A stretch of 64,000 nt of DNA from an uncultured Alistipes sp. (GTDB taxonomy: Bacteria; Bacteroidota; Bacteroidia; Bacteroidales; Rikenellaceae). Of this stretch, positions 46,014-56,126 are shown piece after piece; positions within the stretch are counted from its first letter, which is position 1; each line of letters begins with the position of its first letter. Made by a program: the position numbers and the translations under genes. A model generated the notes under the pieces. The model was not told where the DNA came from, did no database searches, and saw nothing but the letters and a program-made list of their open reading frames with translations. The stretch is from positions 29,032 to 93,031 of the forward strand of contig CAZVNR010000001.1 in the NCBI GenBank assembly GCA_964628945.1. The letters are read 5' to 3'.

Positions 46014-47210
46014 CTATCTCCTGTTAAGGTATTTCGCCAACTCCCGCTTCAGCGAGCCTTTTCCGTAGCCCGTCCATTGCGCAAGGACGATGCCGTCGGG
46101 CGAGATCAGCGTATAGGCCGGTATGCCGCGCTGTTCGTAGCGGGCGAAGATGCCTGTCGTGCGTTTGCCGTCGTTCCAGTTATACCACGACATCCGATGC
46201 CGGGTCGAGGCGTTGCGCCACACCTCGTCGGTATCGGAGCTGATGCTGACGATCTGCAACCGACCCTTGTAGCATTCGGCGAGCTCCCCCATCTCGGGAA
46301 TCGCCGCTACGCAGGGGCCGCAACCGCTGCTCCACAGGTCGATCAACAGATAGCTCCCCTTCAACTCCGCGAGGGTGTGTTTCGTCCCCGCAAGATCAAA
46401 AAGTTCACCGTCGATCATCGGCTCGCCCACCTTGACTCGTTCGATCGGATAGAGGTCGATATGGATTGCCTGCACCTTCGGGTCGCTCTTCCACTCCTCG
46501 TCGAGGCTGTGATAGAGTGCCTCTACCTCGGGGCGAAGAGGATGGTTCGCCTCCTCTCTCAACCAGCCGGCCAAAACACCCAACTGCTCGATCCAGATCG
46601 CATCGACAGGTTGCTGCTGCATACGGCGCAGACTGCACTCGTTGATCAGGCTCTTGAGCGAATCGGATCGCTGCTCCAAACGATCGAACTCGTCTTTGAG
46701 CTGCATCCGCTCCTCTTGGGATCGTTTTTTAGCTTGGGCGCGGATGCGGCGTTGCTCGATGTTGCAGCGTTGCACCTCCTCCCACAGCGCACGCGAAGCG
46801 TGGATATACCCCTGCGACGAGACGATCTCGGGGGCTTGTCCGCGCACCCGATAGGTATAGAACAGCGTGCCGTCCCCCTCGATACGGATGCGGTCACCGG
46901 CCGATGCCCACAGGTCGATACACATCATCGGGAATCGTTCATGGTCGGGGCAACCGATAAAGAGCTGCTCCTTTGCATCGCTCTCGGGACGGATCCGGAA
47001 AGAGAAACGGCCGTCGGCGAGCGTATCGGTTGCGATCGGTTCGCCATAGACTCCGTTCATACGGAAGAGGCGCACCACGACCCCATCTTCAACACGGCTT
47101 ATTCGGCCATCAATTTCATACATTCCCTCCGGAACGCGGTGACACGCCACCGACAGCGTTGCGGTCACCAACAGCAAAAAGAGCTTTTTCATCGGATTCA
47201 TTGGTTTCAT
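46014..47210 (-). CDS. TlpA-family disulfide reductase lipoprotein
   Basis: SVAC lipobox; LIDLWSSGCGPC; GIPAYTLISPDG. Confidence 0.85.
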   Translation of the reverse strand: MKPMNPMKKLFLLLVTATLSVACHRVPEGMYEIDGRISRVEDGVVVRLFRMNGVYGEPIATDTLADGRFSFRIRPESDAKEQLFIGCPDHERFPMMCIDLWASAGDRIRIEGDGTLFYTYRVRGQAPEIVSSQGYIHASRALWEEVQRCNIEQRRIRAQAKKRSQEERMQLKDEFDRLEQRSDSLKSLINECSLRRMQQQPVDAIWIEQLGVLAGWLREEANHPLRPEVEALYHSLDEEWKSDPKVQAIHIDLYPIERVKVGEPMIDGELFDLAGTKHTLAELKGSYLLIDLWSSGCGPCVAAIPEMGELAECYKGRLQIVSISSDTDEVWRNASTRHRMSWYNWNDGKRTTGIFARYEQRGIPAYTLISPDGIVLAQWTGYGKGSLKRELAKYLNRR

Positions 47211-47291
47211 TGGATTCGTTTAGGGTTTAGACGACAAAAGGCCGAAAAGGTTACATTCCTTCAGCCCTTATGCGAATCGGCAACGCACGCT

Positions 47292-47843
47292 TTAAGGGAT
47301 CCAGCGCTGCTCCTCGACCTGATAGTGTGCCGTCAGGCGACGGCCGAGCTGGTAGAAGTAGTCCGAGAGGCGGTTGAGCCACTGACGAGCCGCAGGATCA
47401 CCCCCCCAACGGTGGTCGGCACGCAGCGCAGCGCGTTCGGCGCGGCGGCAGACCGTGCGACAGATGTGGCAGGCCGAGATCGTTTTATGGCCGCCCGGAA
47501 TCGTGAAGAAGCGGATCGGTTCCACCTCCGCCTGCATCGCATCGATGCGCTCCTCGAGCCACGCGATCGCGGCAGGATCGAGCGGCGATACCTTATCGCT
47601 CCCCTCCTCGCCGACAGCCAAGAGTGCCTCGACGGTCATCATCTGCGAGAGGATACGGTTCAGCTCCCCGACCCACGCCGAGGCCGAGGCATCTTCGCGC
47701 AGCAGATCGGCCAGCATCGCCGTAAAAGCCGAGAGTTCATCGACCGTTCCGTAGGCCTCGACGCGCTCGTCGGTCTTGAAGACACGCTCGCCGCCAATGA
47801 GCGAGGTCATCCCGCCGTCGCCCTTTTTCGTGTAGATTTTCAT
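47292..47843 (-). CDS. Cob(I)alamin adenosyltransferase, PduO type
   Basis: KIYTKKGDGGMT, AYGTVDEL, RTVCRRAER, LNRLSD. Confidence 0.92.
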   Translation of the reverse strand: MKIYTKKGDGGMTSLIGGERVFKTDERVEAYGTVDELSAFTAMLADLLREDASASAWVGELNRILSQMMTVEALLAVGEEGSDKVSPLDPAAIAWLEERIDAMQAEVEPIRFFTIPGGHKTISACHICRTVCRRAERAALRADHRWGGDPAARQWLNRLSDYFYQLGRRLTAHYQVEEQRWIP

Positions 47844-48358
47844 ATCCGATAGTGTTGTTTCGGTAGGTTGTTGTCGGTAAAGAGAAGCACAAAACCGCGA
47901 TTATCGACCGAGGTGCAGCTATGCTCCTCGATCAGTGTTTTGCAGAGTTGCGCCCGTTCGCGGCCGTGATAGGGGTCGATGAGCACAACCGTCCGCCCCT
48001 TTTCGGCCGCCTGTCGGACAATGGAGCAGGTTTGCGTTGCCGCCAACGCGGGGGTCAGCAGCAGCCAATCGGCCGCATCGCCGCATTGATCCAGCCGAAA
48101 GGTGGCGTAGCCGAGGTGCGCGGCGAGGTTTTGCAGCTGCACAGCACGACGGCGAGCCACACCTGCGGCACGCAACGCCTCGTAGAGTGCACGCTCGTCG
48201 GTCTGGAACGACCGTTTCATAAAGACCTGCCGCACGATCTGATAGACAAACGGCGAATGCACCCCGTGCCCGCGGAAATAGCGTGCACGCGCCATCCTCG
48301 AGGGGAGGGTCGTCAGGCCGAACAGACGGCGTTTGAGGGTGCGACCGTTGAGTTTCAT
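47840..48358 (-). CDS. Hypothetical protein resembling a shortened Bacteroidetes methyltransferase-like family
   Basis: RGHGVHSPFVY N-terminal motif, LPKQHYRI end; no clear SAM-binding glycine loop. Confidence 0.6.
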   Translation of the reverse strand: MKLNGRTLKRRLFGLTTLPSRMARARYFRGHGVHSPFVYQIVRQVFMKRSFQTDERALYEALRAAGVARRRAVQLQNLAAHLGYATFRLDQCGDAADWLLLTPALAATQTCSIVRQAAEKGRTVVLIDPYHGRERAQLCKTLIEEHSCTSVDNRGFVLLFTDNNLPKQHYRI

Positions 48359-48368
48359 TGTTGCGCTT

Positions 48369-49655
48369 TTACTTTTTCAGCAGACCGGCCAAGCGACCCG
48401 TCGAGAAGGCGATTTGGAGGTTGTAGCCACCCGTGTTGGCATCCAGATCGAGCACCTCGCCCGCAAAATAGAGCCCTTTGATCTTCAGCGACTCCATCGT
48501 GTAGGGGTTCACCTCGTCGCAGCGCACGCCACCGGCCGTTGTCACAGCATACTCGAAGGGGGCGTAGTCCGAAATGGGGAAGGTCAGCCCCTTGAGAGTC
48601 TTGATGAGGCGCGTGATCTGCTCCTCGGTCACCTTCGAGATGTAGTTCTTCGAGTGAACATCCAGCTCGCGTGCCAACGGCATCACCAGCGGTTTGGGCA
48701 TCAGGCGGCGCATCAGCTCGGCAAAGAACTCGGTCGGTTCCATCGAGGCGATCTCGCGTGCGATACGATCGCGGAGGGTCTGCTCGTCAAGTGCCGGTTT
48801 GAGGTCGATCACCAGCTTCACGCGCTTCTCGTCGATCAGCGCATCGACCGCATCGCGGCTTACGCGCAGGGCCACAGCCCCCTCGATACCGCGCTCCGAG
48901 AAGCCGATCTCGCCGAACTCTTCGCGCACCACCTCGCCATCGACATAGAGCGTAGCGCGGATATTCTTCAAGAGCAACCCGTGGAGGTACTTCATCTGCG
49001 GATGGGTCGTCTTGAGCGGCGTAAGCGAGGGGCGCAACGGCTCGATCGTGTGGCCCAAATCGGCGGCGAACGAGTAACCGTCGCCCGTCGAACCCGTCGC
49101 AGGGTACGACACACCGCCCGTGCAGAGGATCACCTGTCCGCACTCCTCCTTGCGCTCGAAGCCGCGCTTGTTGCGGTAGCGTACGCCAAAGACCCTGTTG
49201 CCGAGGGTCAGGATCTCCGTCACGCGCGTTTCGTAGAGGATCTTCACCCCCGCCTCGACGCAATACTCCAAGAGGGCGTTGGCGATATCCCACGCCTTGC
49301 CACTATGGGGAAAGACGCGCTCGCCGCGCTCGATATCGAGCTTCACGCCCTGCCGCTCGAAGAAGCGGATCGTGGCGCGGTTGTTAAACTCCGAGAAGGC
49401 TTGGGTCAAAAATTCGCGGTTGGTGCGCACATGCTCCAAGAACTCCTCGGCGGGTCGCGCGTTGGTCACATTGCAACGCCCCTTGCCCGAGATACGCACC
49501 TTGCGTCCCGATTTCTCCATCTTTTCGAGGAGCAGCACACGCTTCCCCGTGCGGGCAGCCGTACCGGCCGCCATCAACCCCGCCGCGCCGGCACCGACGA
49601 CGATCACATCATACGGTTCGCGCTCAGTCAAAACAGTTTGGTTCAGTTCTTCCAT
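48369..49655 (-). CDS. HI0933/BaiN-family flavoprotein
   Basis: GAGAAG, ISGKGRCNVTN, TGSTGDG, TGGYNLQIAFSTG. Confidence 0.92.
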   Translation of the reverse strand: MEELNQTVLTEREPYDVIVVGAGAAGLMAAGTAARTGKRVLLLEKMEKSGRKVRISGKGRCNVTNARPAEEFLEHVRTNREFLTQAFSEFNNRATIRFFERQGVKLDIERGERVFPHSGKAWDIANALLEYCVEAGVKILYETRVTEILTLGNRVFGVRYRNKRGFERKEECGQVILCTGGVSYPATGSTGDGYSFAADLGHTIEPLRPSLTPLKTTHPQMKYLHGLLLKNIRATLYVDGEVVREEFGEIGFSERGIEGAVALRVSRDAVDALIDEKRVKLVIDLKPALDEQTLRDRIAREIASMEPTEFFAELMRRLMPKPLVMPLARELDVHSKNYISKVTEEQITRLIKTLKGLTFPISDYAPFEYAVTTAGGVRCDEVNPYTMESLKIKGLYFAGEVLDLDANTGGYNLQIAFSTGRLAGLLKK

Positions 49656-49676
49656 AATGGATGCGAAGATAGTAAA

Positions 49677-49811
49677 AAATTCAAAATTTAGAATTTAGAA
49701 TTCAAAATTAGCTTTCAGCGATCAGCTGTCAGCTTTTAGAAAAACGGTAGATTCCTCCGCTTACCGCGTTCGGAATGACAATTTTGAATTTTGAATTTTG
49801 CATTTTGAATT
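49677..49811. repeat. Inverted heptamer arrays enclosing TCAGCNN heptamers and a half REP unit
   Basis: AAATTCA AAATTTA GAATTTA GAATTCA; TCAGCGA TCAGCTG TCAGCTT; AGATTCCTCCGC..CGGAATGACA (49749-49780); TTTTGAA repeats. Confidence 0.8.
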
Positions 49812-50295
49812 ACGCTTGTTCCTCTTCCAAATCGAAGGGTTGGAAACGGAAATCGCTCAACGCCTTCTCCTTCGAGAAGCAGAAGTAGGTCGCTTCGGCC
49901 GAGGTGCAGACCTCACCCTCGACCGAAAGGATCATTTCGAGGATCACAAACGAGCGTTTCTGCTCCTTGAGGTGGCAACGCAGCTCGAGCGTCGCCTTCT
50001 CGTCCGACGGAACGGGCTTGCGGTACTTCACATTGAGGTTGGTCGTCATAGCCGAGGTCTGCATCTTGCGACCGATCCACCAGCCGCCCAACTCGTCGAG
50101 CAGGGTCGATTGAATGCCGCCGTGCAGCGTGCCGAGCCACCCCTCGTAGTTCTTGTTGGGGTGCCAGAGGCAGACCACCTCGTCACCATCCTCCCAAAAC
50201 TCCATCTTCAAACCGTAGGGGTTGGTCGGTGCACAAGCAAAGCAGTTGTAGCCCTCGGCAATGAGCGGGAGCCACGGATTTTTCATCTTCTTCAT
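49810..50295 (-). CDS. PaaI-family thioesterase
   Basis: CFACAPTNPYGL, LHGGIQSTLLDE. Confidence 0.88.
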   Translation of the reverse strand: MKKMKNPWLPLIAEGYNCFACAPTNPYGLKMEFWEDGDEVVCLWHPNKNYEGWLGTLHGGIQSTLLDELGGWWIGRKMQTSAMTTNLNVKYRKPVPSDEKATLELRCHLKEQKRSFVILEMILSVEGEVCTSAEATYFCFSKEKALSDFRFQPFDLEEEQA

Positions 50296-50319
50296 TGTCC
50301 TATTCCTTATTACTTTATG

Positions 50320-52749
50320 TTATTTTACTTCCAATTGCAGGGTCGCCTTCTTCAACCCCTTCGCCGTCACCTCAACCGTCACCGTACCCTGCTCCGTACC
50401 GCTCTGCACGAGGGCGGTCAGTTGGCCGCTGAAGAGCTTCATCGTCGGGCGGTGGAACAGTTCGAGCGAGGTGGGATCACCGTTGGCCATCGCGCGGAAC
50501 GAACCTGCGCCCGACACCTTAACCGTCACGGCGCGGCTCTCGGTCGGCACGGGATTCCCCGCCTTATCGACCACGCTCACATTGATATAGGCCAGATCCT
50601 CGCCCGAGGCATCGAGCACCGTACGGTCGGCGGTGAGCTTCACGGCATAGGGCCTGCCGGCCGTTACAACCCGCTTCTCCTCGGCCGCCTTGCCCTCCTT
50701 GTCGTAGGCCACTACGCGCAGTTCGCCCGCCTCGTAGCGCACCTCATCCCACATCAGACGGTAACGCTCCCTATTCGAGTTCGTAGTCTTCGCCTTGCGC
50801 CCCATCGAACGGCCATTGAGGAAGAGCTCCGCCTCGGGGTAGGAGGTATAGACATAGACGGGGGTCACCTCGCCCTCACGCCCCTTCCAGTTCCAGTGCG
50901 GGAGGATGTGGAGGGTCGGTGCATCGGTGCGCCATACGCTGCGGTAGAGCCAGTAACGATCCTTCGGGATCGAGGCGAGGTCGATGATGCCGAACATCGA
51001 GGAGTGGTTCGGCCACGCATCGGTATCGTAGGGCGACGGCTCGCCGAGGTAGTCGAAGCCCGTCCAGACGAACTGCCCTACGAGCCACTCGAAGTCGTCG
51101 TTGGCGGCAAAATCCTCATCGGGGAGGTTCGACCACCAGCAGCACTCCGTATCGTAGGAGGAGGAGTGGTGGTCGTCGTGGATCGCCCCCTTCGCCGGCT
51201 CGGCGGGGAAGTGATAGACACCGCGCGAGCTGACCGTCGAGGTTGTCTCCGAACCCAGAACGAGGTTCTGCGGCAGCGTTTCGTAGGCACGCTCGTAGAA
51301 GTTTACGCGGTAGTTGAAGCCCGCAATATCGAGCTGCGCCGCAAAGCCGTTCTCCAAGACCGTCGGCAGCTGATCCATACCGCAGGTCACGGGGCGCGTC
51401 GGATCCTCGCGGTGGCAGATCGACTGCAACCACGCGGCCGTCTTGTAGCCACCCTCGGTCCACTGGGTCGGCACCTCGTTGCCGATCGACCACATCACCA
51501 CCGACGGGTTGTTGCGGAAGTGGTGCAGCATCGTCACCATATCGCGCTCGGCCCACTCCGCAAAGAAGCGGTGGTAGCCGTTCTCGCACTTGGCCACATC
51601 CCACTCGTCGAAGGGCTCGACCATCACCATAAAGCCCATCTCGTCGCACAGCTCGACCAGCTCGTCGGCCGGCATATTGTGTGCCGTGCGGATCGCATCG
51701 CAGCCCATCTCCTTGAGCATCGTAAGCTGACGACGGATCGCCGCCCGATTCACCGCTGCCCCCAACGGCCCGAGGTCGTGGTGGAGGCAGACACCCTTGA
51801 ATTTGCGCAGCTTGCCATTGAGGAAAAAGCCCTTATCGGCACGCAGTTCGACGGTGCGGATACCGAAGCGGGTCGTATAGCGGTCAATCACCGCATCCTC
51901 CTCGACGATTTCCGTCACGGCCGTATAGAGGTAGGGCGTTTCGGGTGACCAAAGGTGAGGACGATCCACCGTGAGATGCTGCTCGAGCGGCATTCCGTAG
52001 TACATTTTGCGCTTGTCACTCTTCACGGCGACCGCCTTGCCGTCGGCATCGTAGATCGTCGTGCGGAGCTGTACACGCTCCCCGTGCTCGACACCCGCCA
52101 CCTTCGTCTGCAGCTTCACCGAGGCGTACGCCTCACCCACATAGGGGGTCGTGAGGTAGGTACCCCACACGGGAATATGGTGTTTCGGGAGGGTCAGCTG
52201 GCGTACCTTGCGATAAAGGCCTGCGCCCGGATACCAACGCGACGACTGTTCGCGGTTCTCGAGCTGCACCGCCAAGCGGTTCTCGCCCTCGACCGCCGCA
52301 TCGGTCACATCGCACCAAAAGGCGTTGTAGCCGTAGGGCCAAAAGCAGACCTCACGGTCGTTCAGGAAGACCCGCGCCTCGCTCATCGCTCCATCGAAGA
52401 GGAGCACCGTACGCGCACTGTCGGCCTTCGAGATCTCGATCGTCGTGCGGTAGGCACCCTCTCCCATATAGGGCAGACCGCCCGTGCGGCCGGTCTTGGC
52501 CGTAGCGGTCGTCTCGAGGTTCTGCACGACGGTCACCACCTGCAGATCGTGCTCGCGCGAGAAGGGGCCGTAGATCGCCCAGTCGTGCGGCACCGAGACC
52601 GCCTGCCACCCCTCGGTGGCATCGAGGGCGTGATCACGGCGGAACTCCCACTTTTTCAGCTCCTTTTCAGTACGAGTCGGCTCGGCCGAGAGCGTGGTTG
52701 TCAGCATAGCGACAACCAATGTCAATAAAGTTCGGATAGGATGCTTCAT
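50320..52749 (-). CDS. Glycoside hydrolase family 2 (beta-galactosidase-like)
   Basis: VPHDW, GVCLHHDLG, IRTAHN, WSIGNE, WTGFDYLGEP. Confidence 0.93.
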   Translation of the reverse strand: MKHPIRTLLTLVVAMLTTTLSAEPTRTEKELKKWEFRRDHALDATEGWQAVSVPHDWAIYGPFSREHDLQVVTVVQNLETTATAKTGRTGGLPYMGEGAYRTTIEISKADSARTVLLFDGAMSEARVFLNDREVCFWPYGYNAFWCDVTDAAVEGENRLAVQLENREQSSRWYPGAGLYRKVRQLTLPKHHIPVWGTYLTTPYVGEAYASVKLQTKVAGVEHGERVQLRTTIYDADGKAVAVKSDKRKMYYGMPLEQHLTVDRPHLWSPETPYLYTAVTEIVEEDAVIDRYTTRFGIRTVELRADKGFFLNGKLRKFKGVCLHHDLGPLGAAVNRAAIRRQLTMLKEMGCDAIRTAHNMPADELVELCDEMGFMVMVEPFDEWDVAKCENGYHRFFAEWAERDMVTMLHHFRNNPSVVMWSIGNEVPTQWTEGGYKTAAWLQSICHREDPTRPVTCGMDQLPTVLENGFAAQLDIAGFNYRVNFYERAYETLPQNLVLGSETTSTVSSRGVYHFPAEPAKGAIHDDHHSSSYDTECCWWSNLPDEDFAANDDFEWLVGQFVWTGFDYLGEPSPYDTDAWPNHSSMFGIIDLASIPKDRYWLYRSVWRTDAPTLHILPHWNWKGREGEVTPVYVYTSYPEAELFLNGRSMGRKAKTTNSNRERYRLMWDEVRYEAGELRVVAYDKEGKAAEEKRVVTAGRPYAVKLTADRTVLDASGEDLAYINVSVVDKAGNPVPTESRAVTVKVSGAGSFRAMANGDPTSLELFHRPTMKLFSGQLTALVQSGTEQGTVTVEVTAKGLKKATLQLEVK

Positions 52750-52771
52750 TGTATCTGTCAATTTTGATTTT

Positions 52772-53917
52772 TTAATTCTTCATTTTTAATTCGTCAAATA
52801 CAGCAAGTATTTGACTACACATCTCCTCCCACGAGAAGCGTTCTCGTTCGACGAGGCAGTTTTGATGGAATCGCTCCGGCGTATCGCCCTCCCAGATGCG
52901 TTCGATCGCCTCGGCGATCGCGTGCGGCTCGGGTTGGCAGAGGTACCCCACCCGACCGTCGGGAACGATCTCCGCGAGGCCGCCCACATCGGTCACGACC
53001 ATCGGCGTGGCGAACTGGTAGGCGATCTGCGTCACGCCGCTCTGCGTAGCCGTGCGGTAGGGCAAGACGACAAAGTCGGCCGCCGAGAAGTAGTTGCAGA
53101 CCTCCTCATCGGGAATGAAGCGGTCGTGCAGGATCACCTCCTCCTGCAGTCCCAGCTCTTCGATGAGGCGCAGATAAGGTTCACGGGCGGTGTAGAACTC
53201 CCCCGCCACGATCAGCTTGCGCCCCTCGGTTTTGCCAGCACGGAGCAGTTCGCCCCACCCCTTCAGCAGCAGATCCAGCCCCTTGTAGTCGCGGATCAGG
53301 CCAAAGAAGAGGGCGTAGCGTTGCGCAGGGTCGATATGCAGCCGACGACACGCCTCCGTGCGGTCGATTCGTTCGCCGAAATTCTCGAAACGCGGATGGG
53401 GCGAAAATCGCGCCGGCGCATCGGTATAGGCACGCAGTTGGCGACCCACCTCGTCGGACATATAGACGAAACCATCGACCGAGCGCAGGAAGTAGCGGTT
53501 GAAAGGGCGGTCGATCAGGTGGTGTTCGTGCGGTTCGACATTGTCGATCTGACACAGCACCTTCGTATGGCCGTTACGGCGTGCCAAGCGGGCGATCGTT
53601 CCGAAACAGGGGGCCATAAAGGGGGTCCAGTACTTCAGCAGGATAAAGTCGGGCCGTGCCTTGCAGAGCTGCCGCCCTACGCGCCACCAATTCAGCGGGT
53701 TACAGGTATTCACGGCACGACGAATCCGAAGATCGGCCGGCGGCGGGGTTGTGACGGTCTGGCTCTTGCCCGGGAACAAAAGCGAGGGGTATTGCAGCGT
53801 AAAGGTGCACAGATCGACCTCGTGACCGCGCTGCTGATAGACACGCGCCATCGTCTGCATAATCGACGCCAAACCACCGCGATAGGGGTGCGCCGGACCT
53901 AAAATCGTCAGTTTCAT
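52772..53917 (-). CDS. Glycosyltransferase family 4
   Basis: GPAHPYRGG, FFGLIRDYKGLD, PYRTATQSGV, TDVGGL. Confidence 0.9.
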   Translation of the reverse strand: MKLTILGPAHPYRGGLASIMQTMARVYQQRGHEVDLCTFTLQYPSLLFPGKSQTVTTPPPADLRIRRAVNTCNPLNWWRVGRQLCKARPDFILLKYWTPFMAPCFGTIARLARRNGHTKVLCQIDNVEPHEHHLIDRPFNRYFLRSVDGFVYMSDEVGRQLRAYTDAPARFSPHPRFENFGERIDRTEACRRLHIDPAQRYALFFGLIRDYKGLDLLLKGWGELLRAGKTEGRKLIVAGEFYTAREPYLRLIEELGLQEEVILHDRFIPDEEVCNYFSAADFVVLPYRTATQSGVTQIAYQFATPMVVTDVGGLAEIVPDGRVGYLCQPEPHAIAEAIERIWEGDTPERFHQNCLVERERFSWEEMCSQILAVFDELKMKN

Positions 53918-53923
53918 GTCATC

Positions 53924-54206
53924 AAAGGTAGTGAAAGTCGAGCGCAATGCCAAAAATTTGGCGGAGAAAAAACGTAACGGCTGCGCACGCAGGCGTGCGG
54001 GAGTTGCGGCGGCTTAGTCGCTTCGCTCCTTGGGTGGAGCTAATGACCGTTGTGTTTTTTCGACGACAAAAAAAGGTCGTGGCATTGCCGAGACACAGCC
54101 TACCTAAACCGAGCGGCGGGTGGCGGAAGCCTACCCGAAGCGAAGGTAAAGGTAGTGAAAAGCGCGTAAGCGCAATTCAAAATTTAGAATGCAAAATTCA
54201 AAATGA
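53924..54206. repeat. Composite intergenic repeat ending in a heptamer array
   Basis: AAAGGTAGTGAAA at 53924 and 54148; IR pairs AGGTAG/CTACCT and GCAATGCC/GGCATTGC; AATTCAA AATTTAG AATGCAA AATTCAA. Confidence 0.65.
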
Positions 54207-54269
54207 TTTTTACCTACTTCGCAGTATTCCTAAATCTCCCAGTCTTCCCAGCTCCCCCAAAAGCCTCTC

Positions 54270-54995
54270 CTACTTCCAACGCAGGGCGGCACGCACGCAG
54301 GGGTGCTCCTCGGTCGAGATCTCGAACTGGTGCACGCCGTCGATCTCTTCGTGGGCGATACGCAGGCGGTCGCCCAAGCGGCTCTCGTGCAGGAAGTGCA
54401 CATCGAGGCGGAAGGGACGATCCTCGGCGATCGCCTCGATGGGCAGGCGGTCGAAGATCAGCTCAAGGTAGCGGATCGTGTTGAAGTGGCGGTTGAAGTC
54501 GATGTCGCTGTAGCGCACCGTGTGGGTATCGAACGCCTCCGAAGCGACCCCGCGCAGACGGCAGGGATCGGCGCACGGAGCGGGATCATCGACGATATAC
54601 AGCGCGTGGAAATCGGCCGTGTGGGTCAGATCGACCGACTTACGGCTCTTGATATCGAGCATCGCCCACTGCGAGGTCATCGTAGCGAACTGTTTGCCCT
54701 CCTCGTCGTAGATGCGGAAGTTACGGGTCGAAAGCAGGCGATTGAAGCCGCTGATCCATGTCTCGATGCGGTAGTCGGAGTACTGCTTGGGGCGAAAATC
54801 AACCTCGATCGCCATACGACCCAAGACCCATGTCAGGTCGTCGGCCTCCATATCGACATAGTCAAAGCCCTTGGCGTGGGCATCGGCGCCGGCCGCATTC
54901 AGTGCCGACATAATCAGTTCGGGCGACTTCAGCCGCGAAGTGAAATCGAGCGACTGCGGGGCCACATGGTAGGTAAAGTATGCTTTTTCTGCCAT
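54270..54995 (-). CDS. Acyl-ACP thioesterase
   Basis: TWVLGRM, STRNFRI, VRYSDIDFNRHFN. Confidence 0.88.
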   Translation of the reverse strand: MAEKAYFTYHVAPQSLDFTSRLKSPELIMSALNAAGADAHAKGFDYVDMEADDLTWVLGRMAIEVDFRPKQYSDYRIETWISGFNRLLSTRNFRIYDEEGKQFATMTSQWAMLDIKSRKSVDLTHTADFHALYIVDDPAPCADPCRLRGVASEAFDTHTVRYSDIDFNRHFNTIRYLELIFDRLPIEAIAEDRPFRLDVHFLHESRLGDRLRIAHEEIDGVHQFEISTEEHPCVRAALRWK

Positions 54996-55074
54996 TGTAG
55001 TTCGATTGTTTAACTTCGCAAAGATACTCAAAATTCTTTATTTTTGGAAGAAATGACAGGTCATAAATGAAAAA

Positions 55075-55091
55075 TTATCGAAAAACAATAA
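55075..55091. promoter_or_regulatory. Candidate operator palindrome upstream of the DUF2975-HTH operon
   Basis: TTATCG-N5-CAATAA; TATCTTTG at 55120. Confidence 0.45.
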
Positions 55092-55151
55092 ATTTAGGTT
55101 GTTTTTCAAGATTTTTCACTATCTTTGTGCCAAACATTGCACGATAAGCGT

Positions 55152-55862
55152 ATGAATCGAAAGAGTTATTTGCGCCGATTGTTGGTGATCTATGTCGCCT
55201 TCTTCGGCATTCTGATCACCAGCTTTGCCGTCGAGGTGATCCCGAGTTTCACGCAGGGACTGAAGGAGGGCACCGAGTTGGGTACGGAGCTTTCGGAGGT
55301 CTATGATGCCCCCGAACCCCGCTCGATCTATATGTTGTGGAATATCCCCATCCGTCGCTCCGAGTCGATCACGATCTGCGACCAGAACCCCGAGCGCGAG
55401 GTAACCGGTCTGCTCTCCAACCTCACGCTGCAGGTCGAGGAGCCGGCCGCGAGCCACCGCTCGGCGATGCAGCTCGCCTTTGCCGCGATCGGTAACTCGC
55501 CGTGGATCTACGCGCTAATGATCCTCTCGGCGCTCACCTATCCGGTGATCGTCGTGCTGATGTTCCTCATCATCCGCTCGGTACGCCGTTCGCTCCGCGA
55601 AGACAAACCGCTCGAGAACTGCAACGCGCTGCTGTTGCGTGCAATCGCCCTGCTGACGATCCTCGGCGAGGTGTTCGACAGCGTCGGGATGTGGATGATG
55701 ACCCACCGCGCCGCCGAGGTCTTGGGTGCGACGGCCTACGAGGTCGATACGACCTTCCGCCTCAACTTCGGGATGCTCGTCTTGGGAGTGCTGCTGCTCT
55801 TCACGGCCGAGGTCTTCAAGATCGGACACGACTTGAGCGAAGAACAACGATTAACCATCTAA
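55152..55862 (+). CDS. DUF2975-family membrane protein
   Basis: TM helices; C-terminal AEVFKIGHDLSEEQRLTI; followed by a YozG-like HTH gene. Confidence 0.85.
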   Translation: MNRKSYLRRLLVIYVAFFGILITSFAVEVIPSFTQGLKEGTELGTELSEVYDAPEPRSIYMLWNIPIRRSESITICDQNPEREVTGLLSNLTLQVEEPAASHRSAMQLAFAAIGNSPWIYALMILSALTYPVIVVLMFLIIRSVRRSLREDKPLENCNALLLRAIALLTILGEVFDSVGMWMMTHRAAEVLGATAYEVDTTFRLNFGMLVLGVLLLFTAEVFKIGHDLSEEQRLTI

Positions 55863-55910
55863 CACTACAAATACTATGAATATCAATATTTTAACGGGGG
55901 GGGGTGAGCG

Positions 55911-56126
55911 ATGGCGATAATTATCAATATCGATGTCATGATGGCCAAACGCAAGATGCAGCTTGGCACCTTGGCCGAGCGGGTGCAGATCACGCCCGCC
56001 AATCTCTCTATTTTGAAGAACGGCAAGGCGAAGGCGATCCGCTTCTCGACCCTCGAGGCGATCTGCCGCGAATTGGATTGTCAGCCCGGCGATATCATCG
56101 AGTACCGACCGGAGGAGGAAGAGTAA
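55911..56126 (+). CDS. YozG-like XRE HTH regulator
   Basis: NLSILKNGKAKAIRFSTLEAIC..LDCQPGD. Confidence 0.92.
   Translation: MAIIINIDVMMAKRKMQLGTLAERVQITPANLSILKNGKAKAIRFSTLEAICRELDCQPGDIIEYRPEEEE

Noticed and set aside
17174..49780. CRISPR interpretation of the palindromic repeats with variable spacers
   Set aside because: Copies are dispersed and inverted, not a tandem direct repeat-spacer array; no cas genes in the window.
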